From: Macrostomum lignano | Taxonomy: Eukaryota | NCBI GenBank assembly: GCA_002269645.1 | Contig: NIVC01002596.1 | Coordinates: 1-64,000, forward strand | Direction of reading: 5' to 3' | DNA length: 64,000 bases | Shown here: positions 50,016-62,039 of the stretch, in pieces | How positions within the stretch are numbered: position 1 is the stretch's first letter | Layout: every line of letters begins with the position of its first letter | Translations under genes and position numbers: made by a program | Notes under the pieces: model-generated | What the model saw: the letters and a program-made list of their open reading frames with translations, nothing else | Told to the model about the DNA's origin: nothing | The model's database searches: none

Positions 50016-51009
50016 CAAGGAAGCTTCTTAAAGCTGAAGGAATGCGAAGAATCGCATTAAACAGAAAATTGCCTACCATGGGGGCAAGCAGTTAACAATA
50101 CAGAAGAAGAAATTTCATTAATGATGCCTCGACATTTCAGGGAACGGGACTACAAAATGTACGAGCGTATTGCAGGCGCCAACAAGCGCATTTGCTGATG
50201 TTGCTGCTTTTTGCGTTCGAAAAATCGTTTCAATTTTTTCACCGATGCTCTGAAAGAAAGGTGTTCGTCTTTTCCCACTAGCTTTTATCCCAGCCCTGAA
50301 CTCGGCCATTCTGGTGCCCAGTGCCGAAGGGGAGATTAATTGCCCCGGCCAAGTGTAAACAAAATGCTGCAGAAATTCTTCGAAGCTATAGAGAGTGAGA
50401 GTGGCCCGCTCCCCCACAATGCACGGGTTGCGAGCGAGCCGCGATTCCCGTTGCTTAGAACAACAAGAAAAGGTGCAGCAATAACATACATCACTGCACC
50501 ACAAGGCGAATTAAAGTGTAGCATTATGCTATGGAAATCTTTCACAGTTTCACTCTCTGCGCTCCATCTCTTGCGGCTGCGAAACGGAATTGAGCCTCAC
50601 AAGGGCTGCGTGTGAAAGAAACAAGAGGGGCCACTTTATTTTCTGGGAAGAAAAACATCCCGCGGGGGAAGAGCGATGGCCGAGGCGCCGTCCTCCCAAT
50701 TAGGACCGAGCAGCTCTGTGGGATCCGTGCGGTTGCTGGGACTTCGAGTTACGAATAATCTACCTTCTCCTCTAATAGCATTTCCCATGCGTTCGCACCT
50801 GCCACGCAGTCCATCGTCCGTAAACCGTTAAAACAGCTTTTACGCATTTTGCAGGGCCGGAAACCCCCGGCAAGCCCAGCCATCTTTGGAATTGACACTC
50901 GGTTAAAAATATAAACATATCATAACTGGTTGATATTGGAGTCGTTTGCACATGGTCTGGCGGCTGACTGGGTGCACCTTTGGGCTTGTTGGTTGTCAAT
51001 GCTTTTGAA

Positions 51010-52305
51010 CCCTTGATTGTGTCTCTGACTGGAGCTTGATTGTGTCTCTATGGCTTGATTGTGTCTCTATGGCTTGATTGTGTCTCTATGGCTTGATTGT
51101 GTCTCTATGGCTTGATTGTGTCTCTATGGCTTGATTGTGTCTCTGACTGGAGCTTGATTGTCTCTGACTGGGGCTTGATTGTGTCTCTCACTGAGGCTTG
51201 ATTGTGTCTTTGACTGGGGCTTGATTGTGTCTCTGACTGGGGCTTGATTGTGTCTCTATGGCTTGATTGTGTCTCTGACTGGGGCTTGATTGTGTCTCTA
51301 TGGCTTGATTGTGTCTCTGACTGGGGCTTGATTGTGTCTCTATGGCTTGATTGTGTCTCTGACTGGGGCTTGATTGTGTCTCTATGGCTTGATTGTGTCT
51401 CTGACTGGGGCTTGATTGTGTCTCTATGGCTTGATTGTGTCTCTATGGCTTGATTGTGTCTCCATGGCTTGATTGTGTCTCTATGGCTTGATTGTGTCTC
51501 CATGGCTTGATTGTGTCTCTATGGCTTGATTGTGTCTCTATGGCTTGCTTGTGTCTCTATAGCTTGATTGTGTCTCTATGGCTTGATTGTGTCTCTATGG
51601 CTTGATTGTGTCTATATAGCTTGATTGTGTCTATATAGCTTGATTGTGTCTCTATGGCTTGACTGTCTCTCTGACTGGGGCTTGATTGTGTCTCTCATTG
51701 AGGCTTGATTGTGTCTTTGACTGGGGCTTGATTGTGTCTCTGACTGGGGCTTGATTGTGTCTCTATGGCTTGCTTGTGTCTCTATAGCTTGATTGTGTCT
51801 CTATGGCTTGATTGTGTCTCTATGGCTTGATTGTGTCTATATAGCTTGATTGTGTCTATATAGCTTGATTGTGTCTCTATGGCTTGACTGTCTCTCTGAC
51901 TGGGGCTTGATTGTGTCTCTCATTGAGGCTTGATTGTGTCTTTGACTGGGGCTTGATTGTGTCTCTGACTGGGGCTTGATTGTGTCTCTATGGCTTGCTT
52001 GTGTCTCTATAGCTTGATTGTGTCTCTATGGCTTGATTGTGTCTCTATGGCTTGATTGTGTCTATATAGCTTGATTGTGTCTATATAGCTTGATTGTGTC
52101 TCTATGGCTTGACTGTCTCTCTGACTGGGGCTTGATTGTGTCTCTCATTGAGGCTTGATTGTGTCTTTGACTGGGGCTTGATTGTGTCTCTGACTGGGGC
52201 TTGATTGTGTCTCTATGGCTTGCTTGTGTCTCTATAGCTTGATTGTGTCTCTGACTGGGGCCTGATTGTGTCTCTGACTGGGCTTGATTGTGTCTCTGAC
52301 TGAAC
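51010..52305. repeat. 19/23-bp minisatellite (gcttgattgtgtctctatg / gcttgattgtgtctctgactggg) with a 225-bp higher-order repeat
   Basis: Variant gcttgctt recurs at 51543, 51768, 51993, 52218. Confidence 0.93.
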
Positions 52306-53164
52306 ATTTTTTCACTATCTTATGTTGTTATTGTTTGAGAAAAAAGTGAGTCGGCAAAGTCCTGCTTGTAAGTGGCTGTCTTCAAATGTCTTCAAATACA
52401 CTTCCACAGCTCTTGAGCATGTCGGCAGGTCCTCTGTAGTCGGCTCTGCAACATGGTCGGGTTGCTTTAAAGCAAGATGGCACACTTCACAACGAGAACC
52501 GACAAAAAAGAAAGTGTCCTTGCAGCAGCAACAAACGAAGACGTCAACTGCTGGCCAAGAGGTGTCAATCAAATTGAAAATGAAAGGGACCGGAACAAGA
52601 GTTGCGATCGCTCCTGGGCACAGGCATAGACAGACACTGGGTGCCTCCGGCCACTCCACACCTCAGGAAAATTGCCAAGAGACAGCAATCGCTGCTCAGA
52701 TGCTTTGACAAGGCCCTTCTTTCATTTTGGGAGCCTCCTAAACAAGACTAAAAAAGGAGTCTGTTTCTACAGTTTCAACTTTCTGCCTTGAAGAATTGAA
52801 GGAAGTCTGCTTTCAGAGGCCAAAATCCAGTCTCGCATATTGTCTCTCGGCCTCAGCAAACTGGCAAAAATGCCGGGCATTGTCATGCCAAACAATTGGA
52901 CTCAACAAGTCGACAGTGGAATGGGGTGGAGATGCTCGCTTCAATGCCTCATTTCACGCGGAAGGAAGAGTAAAATGGGGAGTGAAAAACAGCTGCGGAA
53001 ATTCTGAGCACTCAGTGTCCAAGCCGTCAGGGATTAAACCTCTCTGCAGTGCCTTCGTTTCGAATAAATGTCAATGAACTTTTAAAACCTGCTGCAGCAC
53101 TCTGACTTCAAAGACTGTCAAAATTGATTACAACCAGGTTTTCAGTGTTGTTCTGTGTCACACC

Positions 53165-54065
53165 CCCGATCTAGCAGAGTGACCCGTTGCTTCTCTACCC
53201 GATCTAGCAGAGTGACCCGTTGCTTCCCCACCCAATCCAGCAGAGTGACCCGTTGCTTCTCCAACCCGATCTAGCCAGAGTGACCCGTTGCTTCTCCCAC
53301 CCGATCTAGCTGAGTGACCCGTTGCTTCTCCCGCCCAATCTAGCCAGAGTGACCCGTTGCTTCTCTACCCGATCTAGCAGAGTGACCCGTTGCTTCTCTA
53401 CCCGATCTAGCTGAGTGACCCGTTGCTTCTCCCACCCGATCTAGCCAGAGTGACCCGTTGCTTCTCTACCCGATCTAGCCAGAGTGACCCGTTGCTTCTC
53501 TACCCGATCTAGCCAGAGTGACCCGTTGCTTCTCTACCCGATCTAGCAGAGTGACCCATTGCTTCTCTACCCGATCTAGCCAGAGTGATCCGTTGCTTCT
53601 CCCACTCGATCTAGCCAGAGTGACCCGTTGCTTCTCCAACCCGATCTAGCTGAGTGACCCGTTGCTTCTCTACCCGATCTAGCTGAGTGACCCGTTGCTT
53701 CTCTACCCGATCTAGCAGAGTGACCCGTTGCTTCTCCACCCGATCTAGCAGAGTGACCCGTTGCTTCTCTACCCGATCTAGCTGAGTGACCCGTTGCTAC
53801 TCTACCCGATCTAGCAGAGTGACCCGTTGCTTCTCCCACCCGATCTAGCAGAGTGACCCGTTGCTTCTCTACCCGATCTAGCTGAGTGACCCGTTGCTAC
53901 TCTACCCGATCTAGCAGAGTGACCCGTTGCTTCTCTACCCGATCTAGCTGAGTGACCCGTTGCTTCTCCCACCGATCTAGCAGAGTGACCCGTTGCTTCT
54001 CTACCCGATCTAGCTGAATGACCCGTTGCTACTCTACCCGATCTAGCAGAGTGACCCGTTGCTTC
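53165..54065. repeat. 33/34-bp minisatellite (gatctagcagagtgacccgttgcttctctaccc)
   Basis: Period 34 (53461, 53495), with 33-bp variants. Confidence 0.95.
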
Positions 54066-55639
54066 CCCAAAAAAGTGCAGCAGTTCATTACTGCTGAGCA
54101 AGCTCAAAAGCCAAACACCCGACAGTTATTACAGAAGGCCGATATGTTTTCAACTACCGCCATCCCAATGGCGCAATTCATAAAATAATAAAACGCAACC
54201 TCAAGGGTTTTCCGCAATTGCTAATTACTTTTCTGTTTAATGGAGGCCTGAAACAAGCCGGTGACAATGGTGATAAAGGGGAGGGTAGCCGCCTGGAAAC
54301 TGAGTCCAATGTTTTCTGCGTTAGATAACTGCATGAGCACGTGTATGCTGTAATTGCTACATCCCACAGGACTCCCCAATGGGATCTGCTCCCCTCTCGT
54401 ACCCCCACTCTCTAACCTATTGTTGACGCTTTAACAATGAGGCTGACAATAGAAGCTTAGACAATGGAATTCTGCTGTATTTGAGGAGCCCAACAAACCA
54501 TTGGGCATATATCATCTCTGCCGCGGTCATTGGCCTGTCACAGTCGGACTGCACGACTGCTGCATGCTGGGGATCGGAGGAGGGCTGCTGGTGAGGGGAC
54601 AAACTTCCCAATGAGCTCACAGACCCAGGATCCAGGTGATGGGGGGGGGTAAATTCATATCCTTGGCTAATGCCCCCATCACCCCCTGACTTCAGCAGGG
54701 CACGACTGAATGCCCCGGCACTTCCCAACTTCCCCCAAAAATGCTTTACGCTTCATATTGTTTCCCAAAGACAATGAACTCCTCAGCTTGGTGTGTATTG
54801 TGGCTCAGCAGCATGGAGTCATTAGTTAGGCTGCTAAAACTCTGGGATCAACTATAACGTGAGCAACCCAAACAACTGCAGGAAGTCTCCTAGTGGAATA
54901 AGAAAACCCCGCTAAGCTGCTAATCAAAAAGCAAGAAAGCAGTTCCTTGAACAGCCGCTGACATGGCCGCGATTATGACTAGCAAAAAAAGCAACGAGCG
55001 ACCCCCCCCCCGTCCTCGGGCCCACCGCCTCGTAACGCGCAAGTTTAATAACGCATGTGAAACGATTGTTTATCTGACGTAATAAATTTCTATATATGAA
55101 GCTAGAAATCTGCGCAACCCTATACTGCTGTTGTCTTTTTATGGAGTGCGGCCTTGGTTATTGGCCTTGACAACGGGCGATGGCTACAGGCTGGAGGTGT
55201 GATTCGCTAGCGAGCTCCGGGACTATAATAAAAATTGGCAGGTGCAAACAAAGGAACTGTCGGGGGGGGAGGTGTAAGGCGGTTAGATTAAGATGGCAAT
55301 TAAAAAGCCAAGTAGGAGAGAAGCGTGTAAAAGGAAAGAAGCTGGCGAACACTCTGCAGCGGATGGGGATTTAGCTATGGGAAGTTTTACAGCGAGCTTC
55401 GGGCTGGGGGGAGACTGCCGGCCATTATCAACTTATATTGGCCGGCCATGAAAGCAGAGAGACGGCTTGCTATGGCGCTAATTTTAATTTCTGCTGTCTG
55501 TCTGAAAAAAGAGCATCGGATATCAATTTTTTATCTGTTCTTTGTGCGGCGGGAGCTGGTTGGAGAATTTCTAAGAAATTACTCTGATTATTGCAGCTAA
55601 CAGAAGGAAGTTCAAAGGTGCTTCAGCATTGATATAATG

Positions 55640-55795
55640 CTGGCACCCATTTTACAGCTGCAGGTGAACTGAAGCAATGCAGAGTTAAGTGTCTTGCTCA
55701 AGGACAGGACACAAATTGTTCCAGTGGGACCGGGAATCGAACCCCCGACCTTCAATTCGTGAGTCCGACGCTCTGACCACGGGGCTACAACCCCC
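55640..55795 (-). mobile_element. tRNA-derived SINE with a CORE-like central domain
   Basis: Minus strand: GGGGGTTGTAGCCCCGTGG (A-box-like) .. GGTTCGATTCC (B box), then ccttgagcaagacacttaact..ttcagttcacctgcagctgtaaaatggg, resembling the MIR/CORE consensus ccttgggcaagtcacttaacc..ctcagtttcctcatctgtaaaatggg. 3' boundary uncertain. Confidence 0.75.
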
Positions 55796-57260
55796 TTCAC
55801 CTGCTTCACCATAGAGACATCTTTTAACGAACTAGTTAGCCTATTAAAAGAAGTTTATTGTTTAAAAACCGAAATTTTATTTTCGGTCGAGTCAGTTCAG
55901 CTAAACAAAAAATCATAATTCATCCGATTAATTTCATTCGATTTCTAAGAAAAAGTGAATATTAGGTTTCAAAGAAACCATTTAACATAAACCTACGGAC
56001 ACGTATGCGCCCGCAATATCGATGCAAAATCAGTTTAGCAAGGAGAATGAACATAATTAGAAATTGTGTGTACACTTTTGCCATTTGTCCTATGATATCC
56101 TTGCTATGTGTGCTATTCTATCGTTGTGATGCCGATTGAATAAAGGGATCAGGCAAAAGTACATCGCACTTGATAGGCAGAGATAAGCTATAGGTGTCAC
56201 TCAACAATGTACATCTCAAATTTATAGTTTACATGCATAGCATCATCGTAAATAGATTTTCAACCATAGCTTTAGCTGAATAAGCTTTGCAGAATCAATA
56301 AACTGGGGTGTGTAAATCTACAGCACCCCAAAACAGGAGCAGCAATAGAGAAGAACAACTTCTGCAATGAAAACAGACTGAATGGGGCTGGATAGAGGCG
56401 GGTGGTCGGAGCTGCCTGTAGATTCCCCCTCCCCCTCCCAAAAAATATTGAGGAACAATGCAGGCTGCTGAGAAGCTATCAAGCTGTGTGGTCCGCAGAC
56501 TCAAACAATGAATGGACCAGACAGACAAGCAGAGTGGCTGGCTTATTGGGGAAAAATAAAAAGAATGAGTACACCCGGCCTGGGCTCAGAAGCTGCTTAT
56601 TGAGGTAAAAGCGATAAGGTTAAATAATTACACGAAAGCATTGAGACACAAGTAGGGGAGTAGAAACGGAGTGGGGTGGGGCGGGCTAAAACTCTTTAGA
56701 GAGCAAGATTAACGCGGTCAGCCGCTGCAGACTGACAGTTGCCTGCGTATATAGGCAAGAGCGGGAAGGCAGAGATAGATAACAGATGTGCGGAGGATCA
56801 ACTGCACTAAAGTTGTAAAATCAACCATAGATAGATACAAATGAATGTACACTCACGGGGGGAAGCGAGGAAGGGTATCGATCGATAGGACAGACGTACA
56901 AATGTACACTCGCGGGGGAAAGGGAGGAAGGGTATCGATCGATAAGAACAGACGTACAATCTCGGGAGGAGGGAGGAAGGGTATCGATCGATAATACACC
57001 TTATTCAGTGTTGGAGTGGCAGATTATCGATTGATAAGAGACGGTGCACAGACATGTACACCGGCGAAAGAAGCATGAATTAATAATTGTACGCAATAAT
57101 GAACGGAGTTATTTTAATAGACGATTCGGACTATTATTTATAGACTTACAAGCTTTCACCACAAAGATTCTGTAGCAATAAAAAGAGGGAAAAAACACGA
57201 ACACGAGTAATCCATTTTTCGATGGCAAAGAGTGCGTCCCTTAACTAAAAGCGCGGTCGG

Positions 57261-59872
57261 TCAGATAAGCGACCTACTCAGAGGCGATTCTGAAGGCGCC
57301 GGTTCCGACTTGCCGGCGCTGCCACTGCCGCCGCCGCCGCCGCCAGCCGCAGCGGCCTGCAGCAGCATGCTGTACGCGGCCAGCGATTTCTGAAAGTCAG
57401 CCGCTGCCGCCGCGGCCGCAGCTGCAGCCGCAGTCGTTCCGGATGTTTGACTCGCCGACGAGGTCCCCATAGTTGGTGTTGCGTTGGCCAGCGTCGATAT
57501 GACAGCTGCGGGAGAGAAGCCGCCTGAGTCGGCGGACGAAGCAGCCGCGGCGGCGGCAGCAGCGGCGGCAGCAGCGGAGGCCCAGCTGCTGCTGCTTGGA
57601 GCGTGCTGCGGCGGCGGCGGGGGCGGGGGCGGCGGACAATAGCCCGGTGGCAGCATGGCGGCCGCGGCGGCAGCGGCAGCGGCGGCGGCTGCGTAGCTGC
57701 CGTAAAGGTGCTGGGAGAGCTGCTCGGCAGCGGATGAGGTCGGGTGGTGCCGGTGGTGTTGAGCGTGGGCGGCGCTGACGGGAGGGTAGAAGCTGGGGAA
57801 GCCAGCGGCCAGGGCCCGCGCCTTCTCGATGGCCAGCAGCGCCTCGGCTGGGTGGCCGGACGCTCCGCCGCCGGCCATGGGGTGGCACAGAAGACCGGCG
57901 CCAAAGTGCGGCGGCAGCGGCGGCGGAGGCGGTGGCGGCGGAAGGCCTGCAAGGTGGTGGTTCAATTTCAAGTGCCAATTTCTGGATTTAAAAAATCTGG
58001 ATTTTTATGAAAAAAATTATAGATTCATAATCGGCCTTCAAAAAACGTGTTTTAAAGTTCGAGATGGCCGAGTTTTTACGCCAAATTTTTAACCTCATGC
58101 TGTCTCGCTATGCCCTGATAATAAAACTATAAATTTATTGCCAGTTTCAGATTTCGAAGTCAATTCAGCACCAACTTCAACAGCCCCCTGAACAGAATTG
58201 AATTGGCGGGTTGCGGACGCGAAGCCAAGTTAAGCCTTGTCTAAATGTCGACAGAAAAACGGTAAACACCCCCACTACGTGATGACAGTGCGGGAGGTTA
58301 ACATTTTTCGATGACTTGGAATTGCTTTTTTATATTGTCAGATAAGATGCTGCTAATCTATTCGGGCAAGCCAAATGCATAATCAGCCCCCACAAACGAA
58401 TACCAGGCATCCCCTGCAAACCCGCTTGACATATGGCAACAGTTTGTAGTCGCGGAATTCGCAACGGGGGGGGGCTCTCTGCCTGCAGCTGTATGCAGTG
58501 TGTAGCAAAACAAAAAAATTGAGAATTGCACCAAATTGGAGAATTTGATCAACATTCTCTCTGTTCCGCCTGTATATGGAGTGAAGGCGGGAGGGTCTCA
58601 CATAACAAAATAGAGAAGGAGCTTAATTAATTCCTTCCCCAAGGCCTAATTATCATGCCCAATTATTGCACCAGAAAGCTATGATGTTATTCGTTTCCAG
58701 CTATTGGGCCACAAACTGCATGGACTCGAAATTGTAACGAGGCAAGAATTAAATTATCAATTCCTATGGGCGCTGTGAATCCTCTTGAGGAGGGGTTGTG
58801 AATCCTCTTGAGGAGGGGTTGTGAATCCTCTTGAGGAGGGGTTGTGAATCCTCTTGAGGAGGGGTTGTGAATCCTCTTGAGGAGGGGTTGTGAATCCTCT
58901 TGAGGAGGGGTTGTGAATCCTCTTGAGGAGGGGTTGTGAATCCTCTTGAGGAGGGGTTGTGAATCCTCTTGAGGAGGGGTTGTGAATCCTCTTGAGGAGG
59001 GGTTGTGAATCCTCTTGAGGAGGGGTTGTGAATCCTCTTGAGGAGGGGTTGTGAATCCTCTTGAGGAGGGGTTGTGAATCCTCTTGAGGAGGGGTTGTGA
59101 ATCCTCTTGAGTAGGTTGTGAATCCTTTTGAGTAGGTTGTGAATCTTCTTGAGTAGGGGTTGTGAATCCAAATGAAACCAGAAGTCATGATGATTCACTC
59201 ACCTGACATCACCGGGATGGGGAAGTAGCGCTCCTTCTTGACCAGACTCTTTGGCTTGCGCCTCGGCCTGTACTTGTAGTCCGGGTGCTCCTTCATGTGG
59301 ATGGCGCGCAGCCTCTTGGCCTCATCTATAAACGGCCGCTTGTCCTCATCGGTGAGCAGCTTCCACTCAGCGCCGAGTCGCTTGCTGATCTCCGAGTTGT
59401 GCATCTTCGGATTCTCCTGCGCCATCTTGCGGCGCTGGCCCCGGCTCCACACCATGAAGGCATTCATCGGCCGCTTCACGTGACTGTCGTGCATCAGCTG
59501 GCCGCCTCCGCCGCCGCCGCCGCCGCCGCCGCTGCCGCTGCCGCCGGGGTCGCCGCTGCCGGAGCTACTGATGCCGTACATGTCGACATCATTGTCGTAG
59601 TCATTGCCGGCTGCGTCAACGACGTCCTCATCTTCGTTGGATGCTGCGACGTCCATGCGGCGGACAGCGGGCGGCAGCTGCAGGCTGCAGGCGCCACTCG
59701 CCGCGAGGGAAGTCGGCATCGGCGGCAGCGGCGGCAGCGTCGGCAGGTGGGCCGACACCGCCAGGGATGACGATGACGTTGAAGACGACGTGGCGGCAGC
59801 GGCTGCGGCTGCCACCGCGGCAGCCTGAAGGTTGAGCATGTCCTGCACAGAGTGGTGCGCCATTAGAGACAT
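57261..59872 (-). CDS. SoxB2: SoxB2-group (Sox14/Sox21-like) HMG-box transcription factor, about 451 aa, 2 exons
   Basis: Exon 1 59872-59203 with [69 protein letters not shown] (B2-type tail). Phase-1 intron GTGAGT..CTTGCAG. Exon 2 57946-57261, Pro/Ala-rich, ends SRSLI*. Confidence 0.93.
58775..59170. repeat. 23-bp minisatellite (gtgaatcctcttgaggaggggtt) in the SoxB2 intron
   Basis: Period 23 (58801, 58824); starts about 30 bp from the donor site. Confidence 0.95.
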
Positions 59873-59954
59873 TTGACTGCGAGTCCTGCTGCTGCTGTGC
59901 GAGGGTTCGGGTTGGTGTTTGGAAGGCTCCAAGCTGTGGAGTCCCGCAGCCTGG

Positions 59955-59961
59955 TTTTATA
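59955..59961 (-). promoter_or_regulatory. Candidate TATA box of SoxB2
   Basis: TATAAAA on the minus strand, about 83 nt upstream of the ATG; position compatible with a TSS near 59930. Confidence 0.4.
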
Positions 59962-60344
59962 GCTTACCCGGGGGGGGGTTAACAAAAAAAACGATGGAGC
60001 CGAAAGATTGCTGCTGGGGTTGGGTGGGGGGCCTCGATCCCCCCTGGCTGGATTGGGTGGCTCTGGGCGCCGGTCTCTCGTCATTGGCTGCCCTTCCCCA
60101 GACCAGCTGCCAAGCCTGAAGCAGAATCCCCTGTTTAGGTTAGTCAACTGCTGGTTTATAACTCACTTTATCCCCGCTAATCCGCGATGCTGCTCAAATG
60201 TTGAACAGATACAAACTGTTATAACCGCGGCCTGTTTGCCTGTCTTTTCTGACTTTGAATTCAAGTGAGACGAAGCGAAGACAGACACAATAAATAAGAG
60301 CTACCGCCACTCAGCCAAAGAGGCCGAGATCTAAAGTCTGGAGT

Positions 60345-61030
60345 GGCGAATCATCTCCCCCATATTCAGACAACTGTAGGCTGACTGCGGAGCCTGGAGT
60401 AGCGACTCTCCTCTGAACCTCCCCCATATTCAGACAACTGTAGGCTGACTGCGGAGCCTTGGAGTAGCGACTCTCCTCTGAACCTCCCCCATATCCAGAC
60501 AACTGTAGGCTGACTGCGGAGCCTGGAGTAGCGACTCTCCTCTGAACCTCCCCCATATCCAGACAACTGTAGGCTGACTGCGGAGCCTGGAGTAGCGACT
60601 CTCCTCTGAACCTCCCTCATATCCAGACAACTGTAGGCTGACTGCGGAGCCTGGAGTAGCGACTCTCCTCTGAACCTCCCTCATATCCAGACAACTGTAG
60701 GCTGACTGCGGAGCCTTGGAGTAGCGACTCTCCTCTGAACCTCCCCCATATTCAGACAACTGTAGGCTGACTGCGGAGCCTGGAGTAGCGACTCTCCTCT
60801 GAACCTCCCTCATATCCAGACAACTGTAGGCTGACTGCGGAGCCTTGGAGTAGCGACTCTCCTCTGAACCTCCCCCATATCCAGACAACTGTAGGCTGAC
60901 TGCGGAGCCTTGGAGTAGCGACTCTCCTCTGAACCTCCCCCATATCCAGACAACTGTAGGCTGACTGCGGAGCCTTGGAGTAGCGACTCTCCTCTGAACC
61001 TCCCCCATATCCAGACAACTGTAGGCTGAC
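60345..61030. repeat. 64/65-bp tandem array (about 10.5 copies) upstream of SoxB2
   Basis: Unit aacctcccccatatccagacaactgtaggctgactgcggagcctggagtagcgactctcctctg; period 64 (60481, 60545). Confidence 0.95.
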
Positions 61031-62039
61031 TAGAGCTCTATACAATCAAAGTTCAACCAAACCAAAGTTAGGGATAACTGAAAAAAAACTGATGCAGAAG
61101 CCCGCCTAAGTAAACCTGCTAGTCAGCTCATGGTTGCCCGAGTATGTGCGGGTTGCTGTTTTGCTGCTCCAGACTGCTAGCCTTGGGCCTTCTTGGCCCC
61201 TGCAGCCCCGAAACGCTCAATTCAAACAAGACGAAGATAAATTAGCCCGAATACAAAAGACATTTTCAATTGCAAAGTGAATGTGAATTATATAAAAAAT
61301 AGAAAAATAAGTTTTGCTTGGCGAGCTCAGCTTCATGGGCGTATTATACAATGAGCTGAAAATAATAGCTGAGAAGATTTGTTTTTGTCTGATAGATTGT
61401 ATGGACACGGGCTTGTCGGTGTGTTTCTCCAGCACCCAGGCGCACCTCTGTATGGCCAAGCGGCATGCAGACAGTATAGCTGTAACTTATGCCAAAGTGG
61501 GCATCAATGGCCCTTGCTCAATGCCTCATTGTTACTCTCAGCCTTGTCTCAGCATGTGGCAGATATTATAAGCCGCTCAGAAAATAATACATACATACAA
61601 TCCACACTCTCTGCCGCATTGTCTGGCACTATTGTTGAGAAGAGAAAATTCTATTATATTTAATTGTAATCTGTTTAATAAATGCGCCCCGACGGTTGCA
61701 GATGAATAGGCTATTTAATATATTAGCTTACACTGAAATATTGCCACTTTTGTACAACACTGCAGCCCCAGGAGATAAAGGCTTGGGCTCTGTCTGTGGC
61801 AGGTGAAGCAAAATGACGCTCGACTCCAGCATACACTCAAAGAAGATCAAATGCAGCGTCCTACTTTACTTCTCCGTGGGTTTGGGGACAGTTTAAAAAT
61901 TTGGTATTAATCTCCTTTTTTGTTGTCATTTTTTTAGTTGGCTATTCTTTCTATCTATATTTAATCCTTGTTCTTTGTTTTTTAACCTTTACTTAACTCT
62001 GTTGTGCCAACATTGGGCCAGAAGGGGCCAATCACGCAC

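Noticed and set aside
55720-55795. tRNA gene
   Set aside because: Acceptor and anticodon stems pair poorly, there is no T-run terminator, and it continues into a CORE-like SINE body.
60345-61030. CRISPR-like array (also considered for the 71-, 56- and 34-bp arrays)
   Set aside because: No unique spacers, no cas genes, eukaryotic context.
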